The notes under the pieces: generated by a model
The model's database searches: none
The model's input: the letters and a program-made list of their open reading frames with translations, nothing else
What the model was told of the DNA's origin: nothing
Made by a program: the position numbers and the translations under genes
Assembly: GCF_004010195.1 (NCBI RefSeq)
Contig: NC_057718.1
Span: forward strand, 34,082,384-34,146,383
Reading direction: 5' to 3'
DNA: 64,000 bases
Source: Chiloscyllium plagiosum
Taxonomy: Eukaryota
Shown: piece after piece, positions 24,051-37,859 of the stretch
Position numbering within the stretch: the stretch's first letter is position 1
How the letters are laid out: each line of letters starts with the position of its first letter

Positions 24051-24545
24051 AAACAAGACAAGAGCCAAACAATGACCATCTCAAATTGGAGAGTTTAACC
24101 ATCATCTCCTGATGTTAAGTGGTTTCACCATCACTGAATCCTCCACTATGTACATCCTGGAGGGTACAACTGAACAGAAACTGAAAAGGGCAGTCTATTT
24201 GAATACTCTAACTACAAGAACAGGTCAGAAGGTATAAATTCTGTGATGAGTAATTATCTCTGACTCTCCAACGTTTATCCATCCTGTATAAAGCACAAGT
24301 CAGGAATGTGATGGAATAGTCCCTGCTTGTCTGGATGAGGGCAGCTCCAAAAATGTGCAAGAACATTGACATCATCCAGGGCAAAGCAGCGTGCTTGAAG
24401 CTCACCCTACTTATCCATCACCTTCCACATTCATTCCCTTCAGCAATGATGCATAGTAGCTGTAGTGTGTATCGTCTACCAGACGAACTGCCGTAACTCG
24501 GGCAAGGATCCTATAACAGCACTTTATAAATCAGTGATCTCTAGT

Positions 24546-25857
24546 GTACCTTAGAACTCTGCGGGAAGTTAGAGAAGTGATTGCTGGGCCTCTTGCTGAG
24601 ATATTTGTATTATCGATTGTTACAGGTGAGGTGCCGGAAGACAGGAGGTTGGCTAACGTGGTGCCACTGTTTAAGAAAGGTGGTGAGGACAAGCCAGGGA
24701 ACTAAAGGCCAGTGAGCCTGACGTCAGTGGTGGGCAAGTTGTTGGAGGGAATCCTGAGGGACGGGATGTACGTGTATTTGGAAAGGCAAGGACTGATTCG
24801 GGATAGTCAACATGGCTTTGTGTGTGGGAAATCATGTCTCACAAACTTGATTGAGTTTTTTGAAGAAGTAACAAAGAGGATTGATGAGGGCAGAGCAGTA
24901 GATGTGATCTATATGGACTTNNNNNNNNNNNNNNNNNNNNNNNNNNNNNNNNNNNNNNNNNNNNNNNNNNNNNNNNNNNNNNNNNNNNNNNNNNNNNNNN
25001 NNNNNNNNNNNNNNNNNNNNNNNNNNNNNNNNNNNNNNNNNNNNNNNNNNNNNNNNNNNNNNNNNNNNNNNNNNNNNNNNNNNNNNNNNNNNNNNNNNNN
25101 NNNNNNNNNNNNNNNNNNNNNNNNNNNNNNNNNNNNNNNNNNNNNNNNNNNNNNNNNNNNNNNNNNNNNNNNNNNNNNNNNNNNNNNNNNNNNNNNNNNN
25201 NNNNNNNNNNNNNNNNNNNNNNNNNNNNNNNNNNNNNNNNNNNNNNNNNNNNNNNNNNNNNNNNNNNNNNNNNNNNNNNNNNNNNNNNNNGCTGTACAGG
25301 ACATTGGTTAGGCCACTGTTGGAATATTGCATGCAATTCTGGTCTCCTTCCTATCGGAAAGATGTTGTGAAACTTGAAAGGGTTCAGAAAAGATTTACAC
25401 GGTTGGAGGGTTTGAGCCATAGGGAGAGGCTGAACAGGCAGGGGCTGTTTTTTCTGGAGCATCGGAGGCTGAGGGGTGACCTTATAGAGGTTTACAAAAT
25501 GATGAGGGACATGGATAGGATAAATAGACAAAGTCTTTTCTGTGGGGTCGGAGGGTCCAGAACAAGAGGACATAGGTTTAGGGTGAGAGGGGAAAAATAT
25601 AAAAGAGACCTACTGGGTAACGTTTTCACACAGAGGGTGGTATGTGTATGGAATAAGCTGCCAGAGGAAGTGGTGGAGGCTGGTACAATTGCAACATTAA
25701 AGAGGCATTTGAATGGGTTTATGACTAGGAAGGATTTGGAGGGATATGGGCCAGGTGCTGGCAGCTGGGACGAGATTGGGTTGGGATATCTGGTCGGCAT
25801 GGATGGGTTGGACCGAAGTGTATGTTTCCATGCTGTACATCTCTATGACTCTATGAC
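24546..25857 (+). mobile_element. CR1 family A, 5'-truncated RT region to 3' end (N gap 24921-25290)
   Basis: SLTSVVGKLLEGIL, QHGFVCGKSCLTNLIEFFEEVT, RPLLEYCMQFWSP; (CTCTATGA)n tail. Confidence 0.92.
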
Positions 25858-26009
25858 TAGTTTGAATGACAGAGGCAGCAGATATGACTCGTAAATTCAC
25901 AGTGTTGGGCTAAAACACTGGAAAACCTTCTTTCTGAAAGAACTGAAAATAACATGGTCATTCGAAAAGATGAGAGACTTAACAAACAATCCAGGCATTT
26001 TTCAATATA

Positions 26010-26165
26010 TAATTTCATTTAAACCACACTGTAAACTTTTGCTATAAATACTGTGTCTTACGATCTTATACTCCGCAATCACCTGATGAAGGACCAGCGC
26101 TCTGAAAGCTAGTGCTCCAAATAAACCTGTTGGACTATAACCTGATGTTGTGTGATTTTTATCTT
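26010..26165 (+). mobile_element. PLE pLTR fragment of a third family
   Basis: Hammerhead motif followed by AATAAACCTGTTGGACTATAACCTG. Confidence 0.65.
26080..26114 (+). ncRNA. Minimal hammerhead ribozyme motif (AGCU-palindrome variant)
   Basis: CAC-CUGAUGA-A-GGACCAGCGCUCU-GAAA-GCUA-GUG: stem I CAC/GUG, CUA triplet, stem II imperfect. Confidence 0.62.
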
Positions 26166-26839
26166 TCTTTTCTAACACTCTTCACGTTACTTTTTCTTTG
26201 GACAATCAAAACCAAGACTAGATAGAGATCATTGAATAAACAAAGGCTTTGATAAGCAAACATGGGGATTTTTCAGGTTCTGAATGGTGCCTGCACGATA
26301 GCTCATCTGAAGATGCCTATTCTTATTGCTTGCTATTTTTATTTCTGTTTTGCAGAGGTTTAATCTATGGGTTTGGGTTACCAAGGAGATCGCTAGGTTA
26401 TGTTGTTCATATAACTTCCGCTATTGACCTTTGTTCTGACTGTACACAGTGACCATAAATCCGTGTTTCATTTAGTATGTGAACAGAAAAAGGAAGGGCA
26501 GGAGATGTAGCTGAACAACAGTACATTTATTGCATACAAACTGTGCTTTCTACCATAAGTTTAAAGATATGGGTATTCTATCACTTTTACATCACCTGAG
26601 AACACTTCTTGCCTTGCGATGAGACACGGAAAGAAAAATTTACATTTATACTGGACAGTTTCACATCATTCTAAAGATGCTTCACACACATACAATAACT
26701 TTGAAGAGCAATTGGTGTGCTTTGTCAGCCATCACAGCAGCCAGCTTGCACACTACAAATAACAAATTAATTTTCTCTTGTCTGAGGAAAGGATATTTCC
26801 CAAGATGCCAAATGCATCCCTCACATTTACTTCAATTGT

Positions 26840-28580
26840 GACGAGTGAAAGGCAAATTTAGGTCCCTTAAAATCAGAAATGGGCAACTTATAGTGGAGAA
26901 CAAAAAAATGGCAGAATAATTAAATACATACTTGGTTCTGTCTTCACAAAGAAAAACACAAATGATGTTCCAAAATATTGGAGATCACAGTGTCTAGCGA
27001 GGCGGAGAAACCACAGGAATTCAGTATCAGTGGGGAAATGGTATCAGGAAATTGATGCAGTTGAAGGCTGATAAATCCCCAGGGCATTATAATCTACAAA
27101 TCAGAGTATTTAAGGAAATGTCACGAGATGCATTGGTGGGATTCTTTATGATTCTATAGATGCTAAAGCAATTCCTATCAATTGAAGGATAGCTAAAGTT
27201 ACCCCACTATTTAAAAAATGAGGTAGAGAGAAAGCAGAAATTATAGATCAACTAGCCTGGCATTGACAGTGGGGGAGCATGCTAAGGTCCATTATAAAAG
27301 AGCACTTGGAAAATGGTGTCATGATAAGACAGTGTTAGAATAGATTTAAGAAAGGGAAATCATGCTTGACAAATTATTATGGATAAAACTAGTAGAGCTG
27401 ATATGGGTTAGACAGTGGGGATGTAGTTTATTTGGACTTTCAGAGGGCTTTTGATAAGATCCCAGAGGAGAGACTAGCATGTAAAATTAAAACACATGGA
27501 ATTGGGGATAATGTACTGACATGAATAGAAAACTGGCTAGCATACATGAAGCAAGGAATAGGAATGAACAGGTCTTTATCCAAAAGTGGGGTACTGCAGC
27601 GATCAATGCGTGGACCCCAGCTATTCATAATATATAATAATGATTTAGATGAGGTAATTAAATATAATATTTCCAAGTTTGCAGATAACACAAAGCTGAG
27701 TGGGAGGGTGAGCTGTGAGGAAGGTGCAGAGATGCATTAATGTGATTTGATCAAGTTGAGTGAGTGAACAAAATACAAGGTAGATGAAATTTAATGTGGT
27801 TAAATGTGAGGTTATCTACTTTGGTAGCAAAAACAGGAGGCAGATCATTATCTTGAATGGCTATGGACTGGGAAAGGGGGACTTGCAATGAGAGCTGGGT
27901 GTCCTTGTATCCCAGTCATTGAGGGTAAGCATGTGGGTGCAACAGGCAGTGAAGAAGGCAAATGGTATGTTGGCTTTCAGCGGGAGAGGATTCAAGCACA
28001 GGAGCAGGGCTGTCCTGCTGGAATTCCACAGGACCATGGTATTGTGTGTAGTTTTGGTCTTCTTGTTTGAGAAAAGGTATTCTGCCTCTGGGTGGAGTAC
28101 ATCAAAAATTTACCAGGCTGATTGCTGGGATGGTTGGCCTGATATATGAAGAGGCAATGGATTGGTGAGGACTATATTCACTTGAGTTTAGAAGTTGAGG
28201 GGGTGATCTCATAGAAACTTATGAAACTCTAAGAGGACTAGACAGGGTAAACAGAGGAAAGATGTTCTTAGTGACCAGGTCGACCAGAACCAGGAGTCAC
28301 ATATTAAGGATACAGCGTAGGCCACTTTAGGACTGATTTGAGGAGAAATTTCTTCATCCATAGAATAATGTGCCTATGGAATTCTCTGCCACAGGAAGTG
28401 GTTGAGGACAAAACATTGAATGTTTTCAGGAAGGAACTGGATACAGTTATTTGGGCTAAAACGATTAATGGTTATGGAAAAAAAGCAGGAGCAGGGAACT
28501 GAGTTGGATGATCAGCCATGATCACATTGAATATCAGAGCAGGCTCAGAAGTCTACTGCTACTCCTATTTTCTGTTTCTA
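26840..28580 (+). mobile_element. Degenerate CR1 ORF2 3' half plus 3' UTR
   Basis: SGVLQRSMRGPQLFIIYNNDLD, ISKFADNTKLSG, VQQAVKKANGMLAF. Confidence 0.85.
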
Positions 28581-29004
28581 AGAATAGGCAATGGGCTCTT
28601 CGTTTAATGTATCATCTGAAGAATAGTTTCTAACACAGCACAGCACTGCATTGAAATGTTATCTCAGATGTTTTGGACAAATCCTGGATTGGAACTTCAG
28701 CGTACCAGTTTGTTTGATACTGTGCTCTGCTGTGTTCTTCAAGTCTCTGTCTTATTTAGCCAGCTGCTTGTTCATTATTAAACTTCATTTAAAAGATTGC
28801 TGAGCAAGAAACATATTTGTGAGAACCTAGTCAGATAAATATGAGCCTCACATAACAAAAGGAACTTAGTCAATAGCATAAAAAACTTATTAGGCCTCAT
28901 GGTGATAAACCATCTGTGTACGCAACAAAAGTGACACTTTACCAAAATATGGTAAAGGTAAGCCTCATGTATTGGTTTTACTTAGTGCAATCCTTAATGG
29001 AAAG

Positions 29005-31700
29005 ATGATGACGAGGCTGGAAAGAGTTTTTATTTTAGAAAATTTTCATTGAAAAATTAAGGTCTGAAGAACATTGTGACACATTTTGGGACTGCCACAG
29101 TTAATTTTGACAAATTTTGAGCAATTTGAAAGATTGTTCTGTGCACATATTTCAATTAGTTAACTTGGAATCTAATGGAAAAATGGCATTGATGACATAT
29201 TTGGGCTTCATGAGAGAATTCATCCCTAAGAAAGAGGATTGGTACAACTATGAACAAAGACTGAAAGTAAGTAAAACAACAAAAGAAGATTGAATAAATG
29301 TTTTCCTGCCATATATGGGGCTAGATTCTATTGATATCGTTTTTAGGCAACTTGTTCTTTCGATGGAACATACAGAAATGAATAAGACACTGGCCTCATA
29401 TTATGACAAAACTAAGAATGAAAATTCAGTGAGAGTTCCATTCTGTGAAAGAAAATAGTTGCCAAGAGACATTCTTGCAGACTGCTAAAGTAAGTAGCTC
29501 CTAAATTAAATAAACTCTCTCATCGCAGCAGGTATAGTACAAACTCAGAGACACACTTGTAGGAGACCTAAAGAACAGCAAAACCCAGGCCAAGCTTTGG
29601 AGCGAAGATGTAAGCTGATGAGAAATGAGGCCTAAGATGATGCCACAGTTACAGAAATGAAACAAAGAGTTAGTTGCAAATTGCCTGGAGAATTCTTTTT
29701 CTGAACCAATGGGGGAGTTGCACCGTTACAGTGAAATCAAGGCCACACCAGCCAAGTTCAGAGTCCGATTCAGAAACTTAGATTTTACACCTATTTAAAC
29801 ATTCTCATTTCCATTAATAGTGTTTTATCTATGGGAATGTCAGTCATATCCTGATGCCATGCTGGGTCACAGGAAACAGTCATACTCCTAGTTGTGGTAA
29901 AGCTCCACATCTCAGCCATATTCCAGGCTGAGATCATCATCGATCGAAAGCTAGTTCGGAGGACTGAAAAATCCTTGAGTCAGCTTGTGATAAGTCTGGA
30001 AACAAAAGTTGATGTTATCCAGCTAGAACATCCAGAGTTGTACTCAGTCAGAGAGCCAAAAAAAAGTACATGGAAGATAAAAGTGCTGAAGCTATCATTC
30101 CAGCACTAACAGTAAAACTGAAAGTTAGAGATTCACAACTTACTTTCATAGCTGATACAGCTGCAGCCGTGTCTGTTATCTCAGATATAGAGTACACAAA
30201 GTCCCTAAATCACATTTTTTTTGTCCATATACAAAACAATGTGAAACTTCCTAGTTATTCCAATAACAACATTCCAGGGTTGGGTACAGTTAGCATTAGG
30301 ATAAATTATGATGATGCATCCTACTGCTTGCTCTTTGTAGTACAATAGGCTAGAAGAGAGTTTCCTTGATGGGAAGAAATTGCTTAAGAAATACAGAGTC
30401 AAACTAGGCTGAGTTATTTATAGTAGGGAATTAATAAGAGTATTTGTAATTAGTGAACTGCTAAAAGAGTACAGAGTGGGTCTTTGACCAAGGAGAAACA
30501 TACCTTTCACAGTCAGTTGGTAACACACTTAGAAACATTCTTTTGAGGTTTCCCATGAAGACTACTTTATTTTTAGCTACTGATTTACCTGTGAATGAAT
30601 TTACAGACTCAAGTGATATGCCATTGCTTGTTGCCGAGAATAACAAAGAAACTCAGTGATGTGCTGCTTAGTAAAATGTTCAATTATGTCATGGATGGCT
30701 GGCCTAAGGAGTGTAATGATGAGAAATTGCAAAATTCATGCAAATAAATGATAGAGTTATGATTCCATCAAAGTTTAGTGAGAGGTTATTGGAGGCAATT
30801 CATTAAAAAACACAGAAATAGCCCATCTGAAAGCAGTGGCAGAAAGTTATTTTTTGGTATTTGGAGATGGATAGAGATATTGAAGAGTTGGTGAAAAGTT
30901 GTGAAGGGTTTCTCAGAGAGAGAAATAATCCAAAAAAGGTTCATTTTACTCCATGGCTACACACAAAAAAATCATGTGAACGAGTACATATTGATGTCCA
31001 AAGTGGAAAGGTAAGAGTACTTCAGTTTTGTCAATAGCTATAGAAATTGGCTGAAAATTGAGATTAGATGTACCTCATTTAAGAGTTCCTAGATGTATTA
31101 CTGTCAGATAATCATCAATAGTTTGCACTGGAGAAACTTGAAATATTTCTATATTCTAACTATGAATGGATTCTTCTCACACATACTATCAAAGCATCAC
31201 CCAGCATTGAGTGGTGCTGCAGAAATAAGTGTACCCATTGTAAAGAGGTCTTTTCAGATGTATTTTCTCGGTGACAACCTAAGCAGCAATTTCTATGTTT
31301 CTCCTTGCCACAGACAAGGCAATTGTCAGTTCCTAATGGTACAACTCTACAGTCTACAACAGATTGCTTTTTTTGTGTGTTTAAACACACTCCTAGCACA
31401 AGGATTAGTTTGCTCAAGTCTGGCATCAATAACAAAATAAAAGAAAAGCAAGAAAAAAAGAAAATGAATCATGATAGAGCCAGGTATGGAATCTATTGGG
31501 TTTAGTGTTGGGCTGATGGTCATTGTGAAAAACCAGTGATCAGGAGAAATATGTGATTGGAGTTATTGTAAAGAGATTATGTGCATCACATATCTGGTGA
31601 AAATTGTAGACCCTGTCAGTGTCATTTGGATTATTTGCTTGAAAGAGGAAATTAGACAAAGGAAAGCATGATAAACCTCTTATCATCTAAATGTTTCCTA
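29005..31700 (+). mobile_element. Ty3/Gypsy LTR retrotransposon internal relic (gag, protease, integrase; RT/RNase H absent)
   Basis: gag N-terminus LGFMREFIPKKEDWYNYEQRL (from 29183); protease FIADTAAAVSVIS; YVMDGWP; integrase MDRDIEELVKSCEG...CERVHID and HHPALSGAAE. Confidence 0.75.
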
Positions 31701-31749
31701 CAGTTCAAAGTGATAGTCAGAAATAAGGTGAAAATAACAAGCAAACTGG

Positions 31750-32365
31750 AACGATACAATTGTTACATCACAGAAGGAGGCCATTCAATCCCTCATGCCT
31801 GCACCAGCTCATTAAATAAACTTCATTACCCAGTGCCAATCCCCTGCTTTCTCCCCATACCTTTGCATATTATTTCTATCCAAATAACATCCAATCTCAT
31901 CTTGAGTGACTCAGTTGCACCTGTCTCCACCCCATTTCCAGAGTGCATTCCATATCTCAACAATCTACTGAGTGATAAAGCTTTTCCTTTCTGCTGCTTG
32001 ATTTTTTTTTGCCGGTCACATTAAATTTAATTTGTTCCATTTATGAATGGGGAACAGTTTCGCCCAAACTATTCCATCCAGTCTGCCCATGATTTCGTAA
32101 ACCTCTACCAGATCTCCAAAGCGTTCACATCCTTCCTATAATGTAATGCTCAGAACTGGACTCAATACTCGAACTGAGGTCTGGCAAGTGTCTTTTATAA
32201 GTTCAACATCATCTCCTTACTCATGTACTCTATGATCCTATTAATAGAGCTGAAGATCACTCTTTTTTTTACCTTTCCTGCCACATTCAATGAAGTGTGC
32301 ACCCAGGTCTCTCTGCTCCTGTATCTTCCTTAGATTGTATCCCCTATTTTATGTTGTCTTTTCAG
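31750..32365 (-). mobile_element. Old CR1 3' fragment
   Basis: CAGAACTGGACTCAATACTC (reverse of EY.VQFW); 3' UTR-like GGAGGCCATTCAATCCCTC. Confidence 0.65.
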
Positions 32366-32369
32366 ATTC

Positions 32370-33335
32370 TGTAATCTATAAATGATGTGGAGGAAAATGT
32401 AGTTAGTCTAATTAGTAGGTTTGTGAACGATACAAAGATTGGTGGAGTTGCAGATAGTGAGGAGGATTGTCAGAGGATACAGCAGGATATAAACCAGTTG
32501 GAGGAATGGGTAGAAAAATGGCAGAAAGAATTTAATCCAGACAAGTGTGAGGTGATGCATTTTGGAAGGTCAAGTACAGGTGGAAATTATACAGTGAATG
32601 GCAGATCCCTTAGGAGCATTGATATGCAGAGGGATCTTGGTGTGCAGATATACAGATCACTAAATTTAGTAGCACAGGAAGATAAGGTATAAAAAAGGCC
32701 TATGGCATGCTTGCCTTCATTGGAAGGGGCATTGACTAAAAGGAGAGGCAAATTATGCAGCAGCTTTTAGAACTTTGATTAGGCCACACTTGGAACATCA
32801 CGTATAGTTCTGGTCACCACACTATCAGAAGGATGTGGATGCTTTGGAGACAGTACAGGAAAGGTTTACCAAGATGCAGTCTGGTATGGGGGATTTTAGT
32901 TATGAAGAAAGGTTGGATAGGCTGGGCTTGTTTTCACTGGAACCCAGAAAGTTGAGAGATGATCTGATGGAAACTTACAAGGTTGTGAATGGCATAGATA
33001 GAGTGGAAAGTATGGAGCTTTTTCCCAGGGTGGAGGGGTCAATTATAAGGGACACAGGTTCAAGATGTAGAGGGGGGAAGGGAGTTTAAAATAGATATGC
33101 AAAACAAGTTTTTCACTCAAAGGGTGGTGAATGCCGGGAACATGCTGCCAGAGGAAATGGTGAAAGCAGACACAATAGCAGCATTCAAGAAGCACCAAGA
33201 CAAATTCATAAATAGGAAGGGAAGAGGGATACAGATCCTGTAAGTGAAGACTGTTTTAGTATGGAAGGGCAAAGTGTGATTGTGCAGGCTTGGAGGGGCG
33301 AATGGGCCTGTTCCTGGGCTGTATTGCTCTTTATT
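32370..33335 (+). mobile_element. CR1 RT C-terminal half plus 3' UTR
   Basis: ISRFVNDTKIGGVADSEEDCQRIQQDI, FNPDKCEVMHFG, YEERLDRLGLFSLE. Confidence 0.88.
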
Positions 33336-36276
33336 CTCACTCTTTTTCCTTTGCTGAATAACTTGAAAGTTTGTTAATACTGCTGAATCTGCTGGTAGAG
33401 CATAATTAACCTGGGTTTTCAATTAACACAAATCAATGAATGTCATGGTACCAACCATTAAGTTGTCTTGGTAATCAAAGTTCAGAGTTCACACAGGCAA
33501 AGAATCAAGGTCATAGAAGTGACCAGGCAGAAGGAGACAGACATTAATTGAATGCATGTTAGAAAGAGAAAGAAATTTGTGTTCTTTGCATTTTTTTTGT
33601 CAAATTATATTTATGTTAAACGCAAACTGGTGTTGATTAAGGAAAAGTGTTTACATCTAAATTAATTTGGAAGTATCAGTCATATATTTTGGTGTGATTA
33701 CAGTAAAAATAAATATGCAATTCAGCTTGTTAAAATATAGATGTTGTTGATATTGTGTTTAGTCATGTTGCATTCCTGCCTAGCCCTGACTTGGCCTCCA
33801 TAAAATAGCAGGCTGGCATGTAACAAAACAGGTAATCTGCCCTTCATTTAAGAAAGGAAAAAGCAAGTGAGCTTGTTATGAACTCTACTGACCTGATTAT
33901 TATGCTTTTCATGCCATAACATATGTGGGCAAGTGAGCATGAGTTAGAAGGTTGTCTTTTCTTTTTAACTGGTTAAAAGATACAAAGGAAGAAAGGGTTA
34001 CGTCCCTCTGTGCATAATAGTCCTGTCCCCAGGGTGTCACCAAACTTCACTTGTCATTTCTTGTCACTCCTCCAAAATCCATTTGCCATATCCTAAATGT
34101 CCCCAACCCCTTCATTCTCAAAAAGCCAGTAACACCTGGTTCTAGGCCACATCCACCCTCTTCAGTGAACCTAGACGTCCGATCAGAGCCCACCACTAAA
34201 GGTCAGTACTTCTGGTACTGCTAGAACAATCAGATTGACTGGCAGCTCTCCTCCCACTGAGGGGTGGAAATCTGACTATTGGTCAGTAATTCATTCATGG
34301 ACTGACTAACCTGGAGTCAGTAGGCCAGACCAGGTAAGGACAGCAGTTTCCTTCCCTAAAGCACCAGATGGGCTTTTCCTCATCTGACAATCAGCAATGG
34401 TTCCATGGTCCCCATTAAGCCCTTAATTTCAAATCTGTATTGATTTCAAATTCCGCCTTCTGTCTTGACAGGGTTTGAACATAGGTGCCTCCAAGGTTTT
34501 TCAATTCAACCTATTTTTCTAATCAACCTAATACCACGAGACCATCACCTCCCTGTACCATAAAACCACCTGGAACAAAATATGGCTGTGAGGTGGCCTT
34601 GTATAGTGTCGGTCTTTTCGGGACTGAACTTTCCTCTGAGTGAGTGGACAGTATGCCACCCACTCTGTAAAATTCAGCTCTTCTTGACATCATTGTAATC
34701 ATGAGTGCTCTTTGTTTTAACTGAAACCAGAAGCAGTTGTGAGTGTTCAGGTTAAAAGCCAGTCACTCTCTCAATGGATCAGGTAGTTTCAGTTCCAAAG
34801 ATTTTAGGAATGTTCTCAGCATTTCCAAAAACATCCGGGATATCTGCTCATAGCCATTAACCTTCCTCCTGGAATTCTGCATAATCCTAACTCTATCTTC
34901 ATTCCTGGCTTAGTTTCAGATTTTTGTCCAATAATGCTCTTCTTAAATGCTTTCAAACAGTTTGCTGCATTGAAAGTACAAAACAAATGAAAGTTTTTGT
35001 GGTTGATCATAGATCCTTAAAAAATAAAAGAAAGGTGCCAAAACAATGTTTTAAAATAGGAGAAATAAAGAAATGCAGATACTTAACTGAAAAAGGAACA
35101 AAGAATTAAGAGTACTATAGTTCTTTTTACAAACCAAAGGGTTAAGAAAGGAAAGTACAAGCAGTTTCCCCATTTATAAAGGGAATTTCCCTCATACACC
35201 TCAGTTGTCATGGTCTCGTGGTAACTTTTACAAAATATTTTATTTCCCCTGCAACAGTTTCATTTGGCAGTTTGACAGCAAAATCTCCAGTTGAAGCCTG
35301 CTTGGAGACCATTCAGACAACAATTTGCCTCCTGTCATGATCTTATTACTCCAGCTAGAATTCACCTGGAGGGTATCCCCTGACTTATAACATGAACCAT
35401 TGAGTAATAGCAAGCATTCTTTTGTATTAAGTGCACAATATATGTGTCGCTTAATGTTACTGCTAACTGAAGATTAGTGTAATGTGACTTTTCTCTCATA
35501 AATAATGAAATGTGTTTTTTGTAGCTGCATTATCTGGTGTGATTAAAGGTTCAAGGCGGACTGAGACCAAATGAATAATGTGCGAGTGAACATTTAACAG
35601 ACTTTTAAACTATAATGCCAAAGGTTGAAAGAACTTACTAGCACTGACAGGAAACAGATATTTAATCTTGTAAGGTGAAAGGTGAAAGGACTAAAGTCCG
35701 CTTGGTTAAAAAACTGCAGCCATCAGCACAAGGAAATGTTTATGCTATGGTTGAGAATGCAATTCATATTTTATAAACACAGCCAATATTGATACAATCT
35801 CAGCTGGTGTGAGGAAATGAATGTTTGTGCACCTAATGTATTTTTACCAAACCAACATAAACAGTGACGACAAGTTGCACTGAGAGGATATTAATGGTTA
35901 AATATATAAAAACCTGTTATGCCTAGTTCCCAAGATACTGCTGCTCGAGTCAGAGAGAATAATATCTGTCTGGGACTGTACAAACAGCACTGTAGCACAA
36001 ATGAAGAAACCTTTAACTGGATGTTAATGTGCTGGAGTGAATTCTGAAACCCTGTTAGACCTTTAAATTTTATATGATCAAGCATGTTTTCTTGTAAACT
36101 TGTGTAAAATTCCATGCTAAAGCCCATGTTGGTTTAATTGGTTAACATGGTGTTCAGTGTAGAACTAAATCATAGAGAAGAAAATGCTTCTGGGTGTCCC
36201 TACTCTGTGTTGAGTCTGAGCAGCAGGATTGCAATATGACCCAGTTTGGAAGAAGAATTAGGAATTTTTCAGCCGT

Positions 36277-36778
36277 TAGAACATAGAATATAGAAAATAG
36301 AACATTACAGCACAGTACAGGCCGTTCGGCCCGCAATATTGTGCTGACCTGTGGAACCAGTCTGAAACCTATCTATCATATGCTATTCCATTTTTATCTA
36401 TATGTTTATCCAAAGTCCATTTAAACACCCTTAAAGTTGGTGAGTCTACTACTGTTGTAGGCAGGGCATTCCACACCCCTACTACTCTCTGAGTAAAGAA
36501 ATTACCTCTGACATCTGTCCTATATCTATCACCCCTCAATTTCAAGCTGTGTCCCCTTGTGCTCACCATCACCATCCAAGGAAAAGGTTCTCACTGTCCG
36601 TCCTAAATAACCCTTTGATTATCATATATGTGTCAATTAAATCACTTCTCAACTTTCTTCTTTCCAACGAAAACAGCCTCAAGTCCTCAGCCTTTTCTGA
36701 TAAGACTTTCCTTCCATGCCAGGCAACATCCTAGTAAATCGCCTCTGAGCCCTTTCCGAAACTTCCACATCCTTCATA
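36277..36778 (-). mobile_element. CR1 3' end
   Basis: [34 protein letters not shown]; (TTCTA)n-type tail. Confidence 0.88.
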
Positions 36779-37859
36779 TAAAAATCACTCAAAATAGATT
36801 GACTGATTATTAACCACTATGATTGAATGTGTGGCACTTTAGTGCAACAACTGGTATTTCATGGATTACCTAAGGAAAATGTTGGTCAGAATCAGCATTC
36901 CTGATTGCTGAGTGGTGACTCCTCAAAAGTCAGGATTGGACTTCAACCATCCTGCCCCTCAGATTGTGCAGGTCGGTTTGGATTCTGGTGCAATCAATAA
37001 CCACTTGATTGAGGTGATGGATGATACATGCTCAAGGAGGGCTACTTCAACAAAAGACAATGTTTTCAAGGAATGAAAGACTCATACACTAAATTGCATA
37101 CTGCTGCTGAATGAGTCAACTCTGAAACATGAGTGACATGAATATTGTGGAGGCTACTGCTCATCTTTGTTACAAATTTCTGTCAAAACCGTAAATCTAC
37201 CTGTGTTTATTTCGTAAAAAAAATAAGAAAACCCTCAAGGCACATTATGGACATAAACAGAAATGTATGCTAACACTACAGAGGAGTGCTGAGGGACTGT
37301 GCATTGTCTGAGAATGAAATGTTAAGTTCAGCTCAAGTCTCAAGTTGTTCGAGTGAATGTACAATATCTCTCGGTTATACTGGAAGAAAAGTAACAAATT
37401 CCACTAGTACCCCAGCTAAAGTTCATCACTCAAATGAAATAGATTAACTGATCATTTACCTCACTAGTTGTCTGTGAGGATGTAATGCACAACAAATTGA
37501 CAGCCATGTTTTCCTATGTAGCAACAGTGACTGTACTTCAAATATAGCTTACTTACTGTGAAGCACTCTGGGCATGATGAGGAACTAAATGTGGCAGGGT
37601 TTCTTTTTACTTACAAGAGCAGATGAGTAGGTAGTAACACACAACTGTGACTCATGACATCAATGAACTGCTCAAGCTCTGCTTTTAATGTTTGACATGT
37701 TACTGCTTTGTTTCACTTCCAACTCTGTGTTATCCCAAGTGTAAAACAATACATAAGACAGTTAATTTATAATACAGTGAATGCATACTTCTGCTTTTAA
37801 TTTTTCAGGGACAAACACTTGTCCTACTGTTGTCAATAATCTATTAAAGCTCTCCAGTA

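Larger units (their letters stand above)
22030..24545 (+). mobile_element. LINE family C RT and 3' region, fragmented by several insertions
   Basis: TALVINASI*LSVV (degenerate RT region), YINDLASII, WMRAAPKMCKNIDIIQGKAA; includes an inverted piece of the same family at about 23518-23652. Confidence 0.65.
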
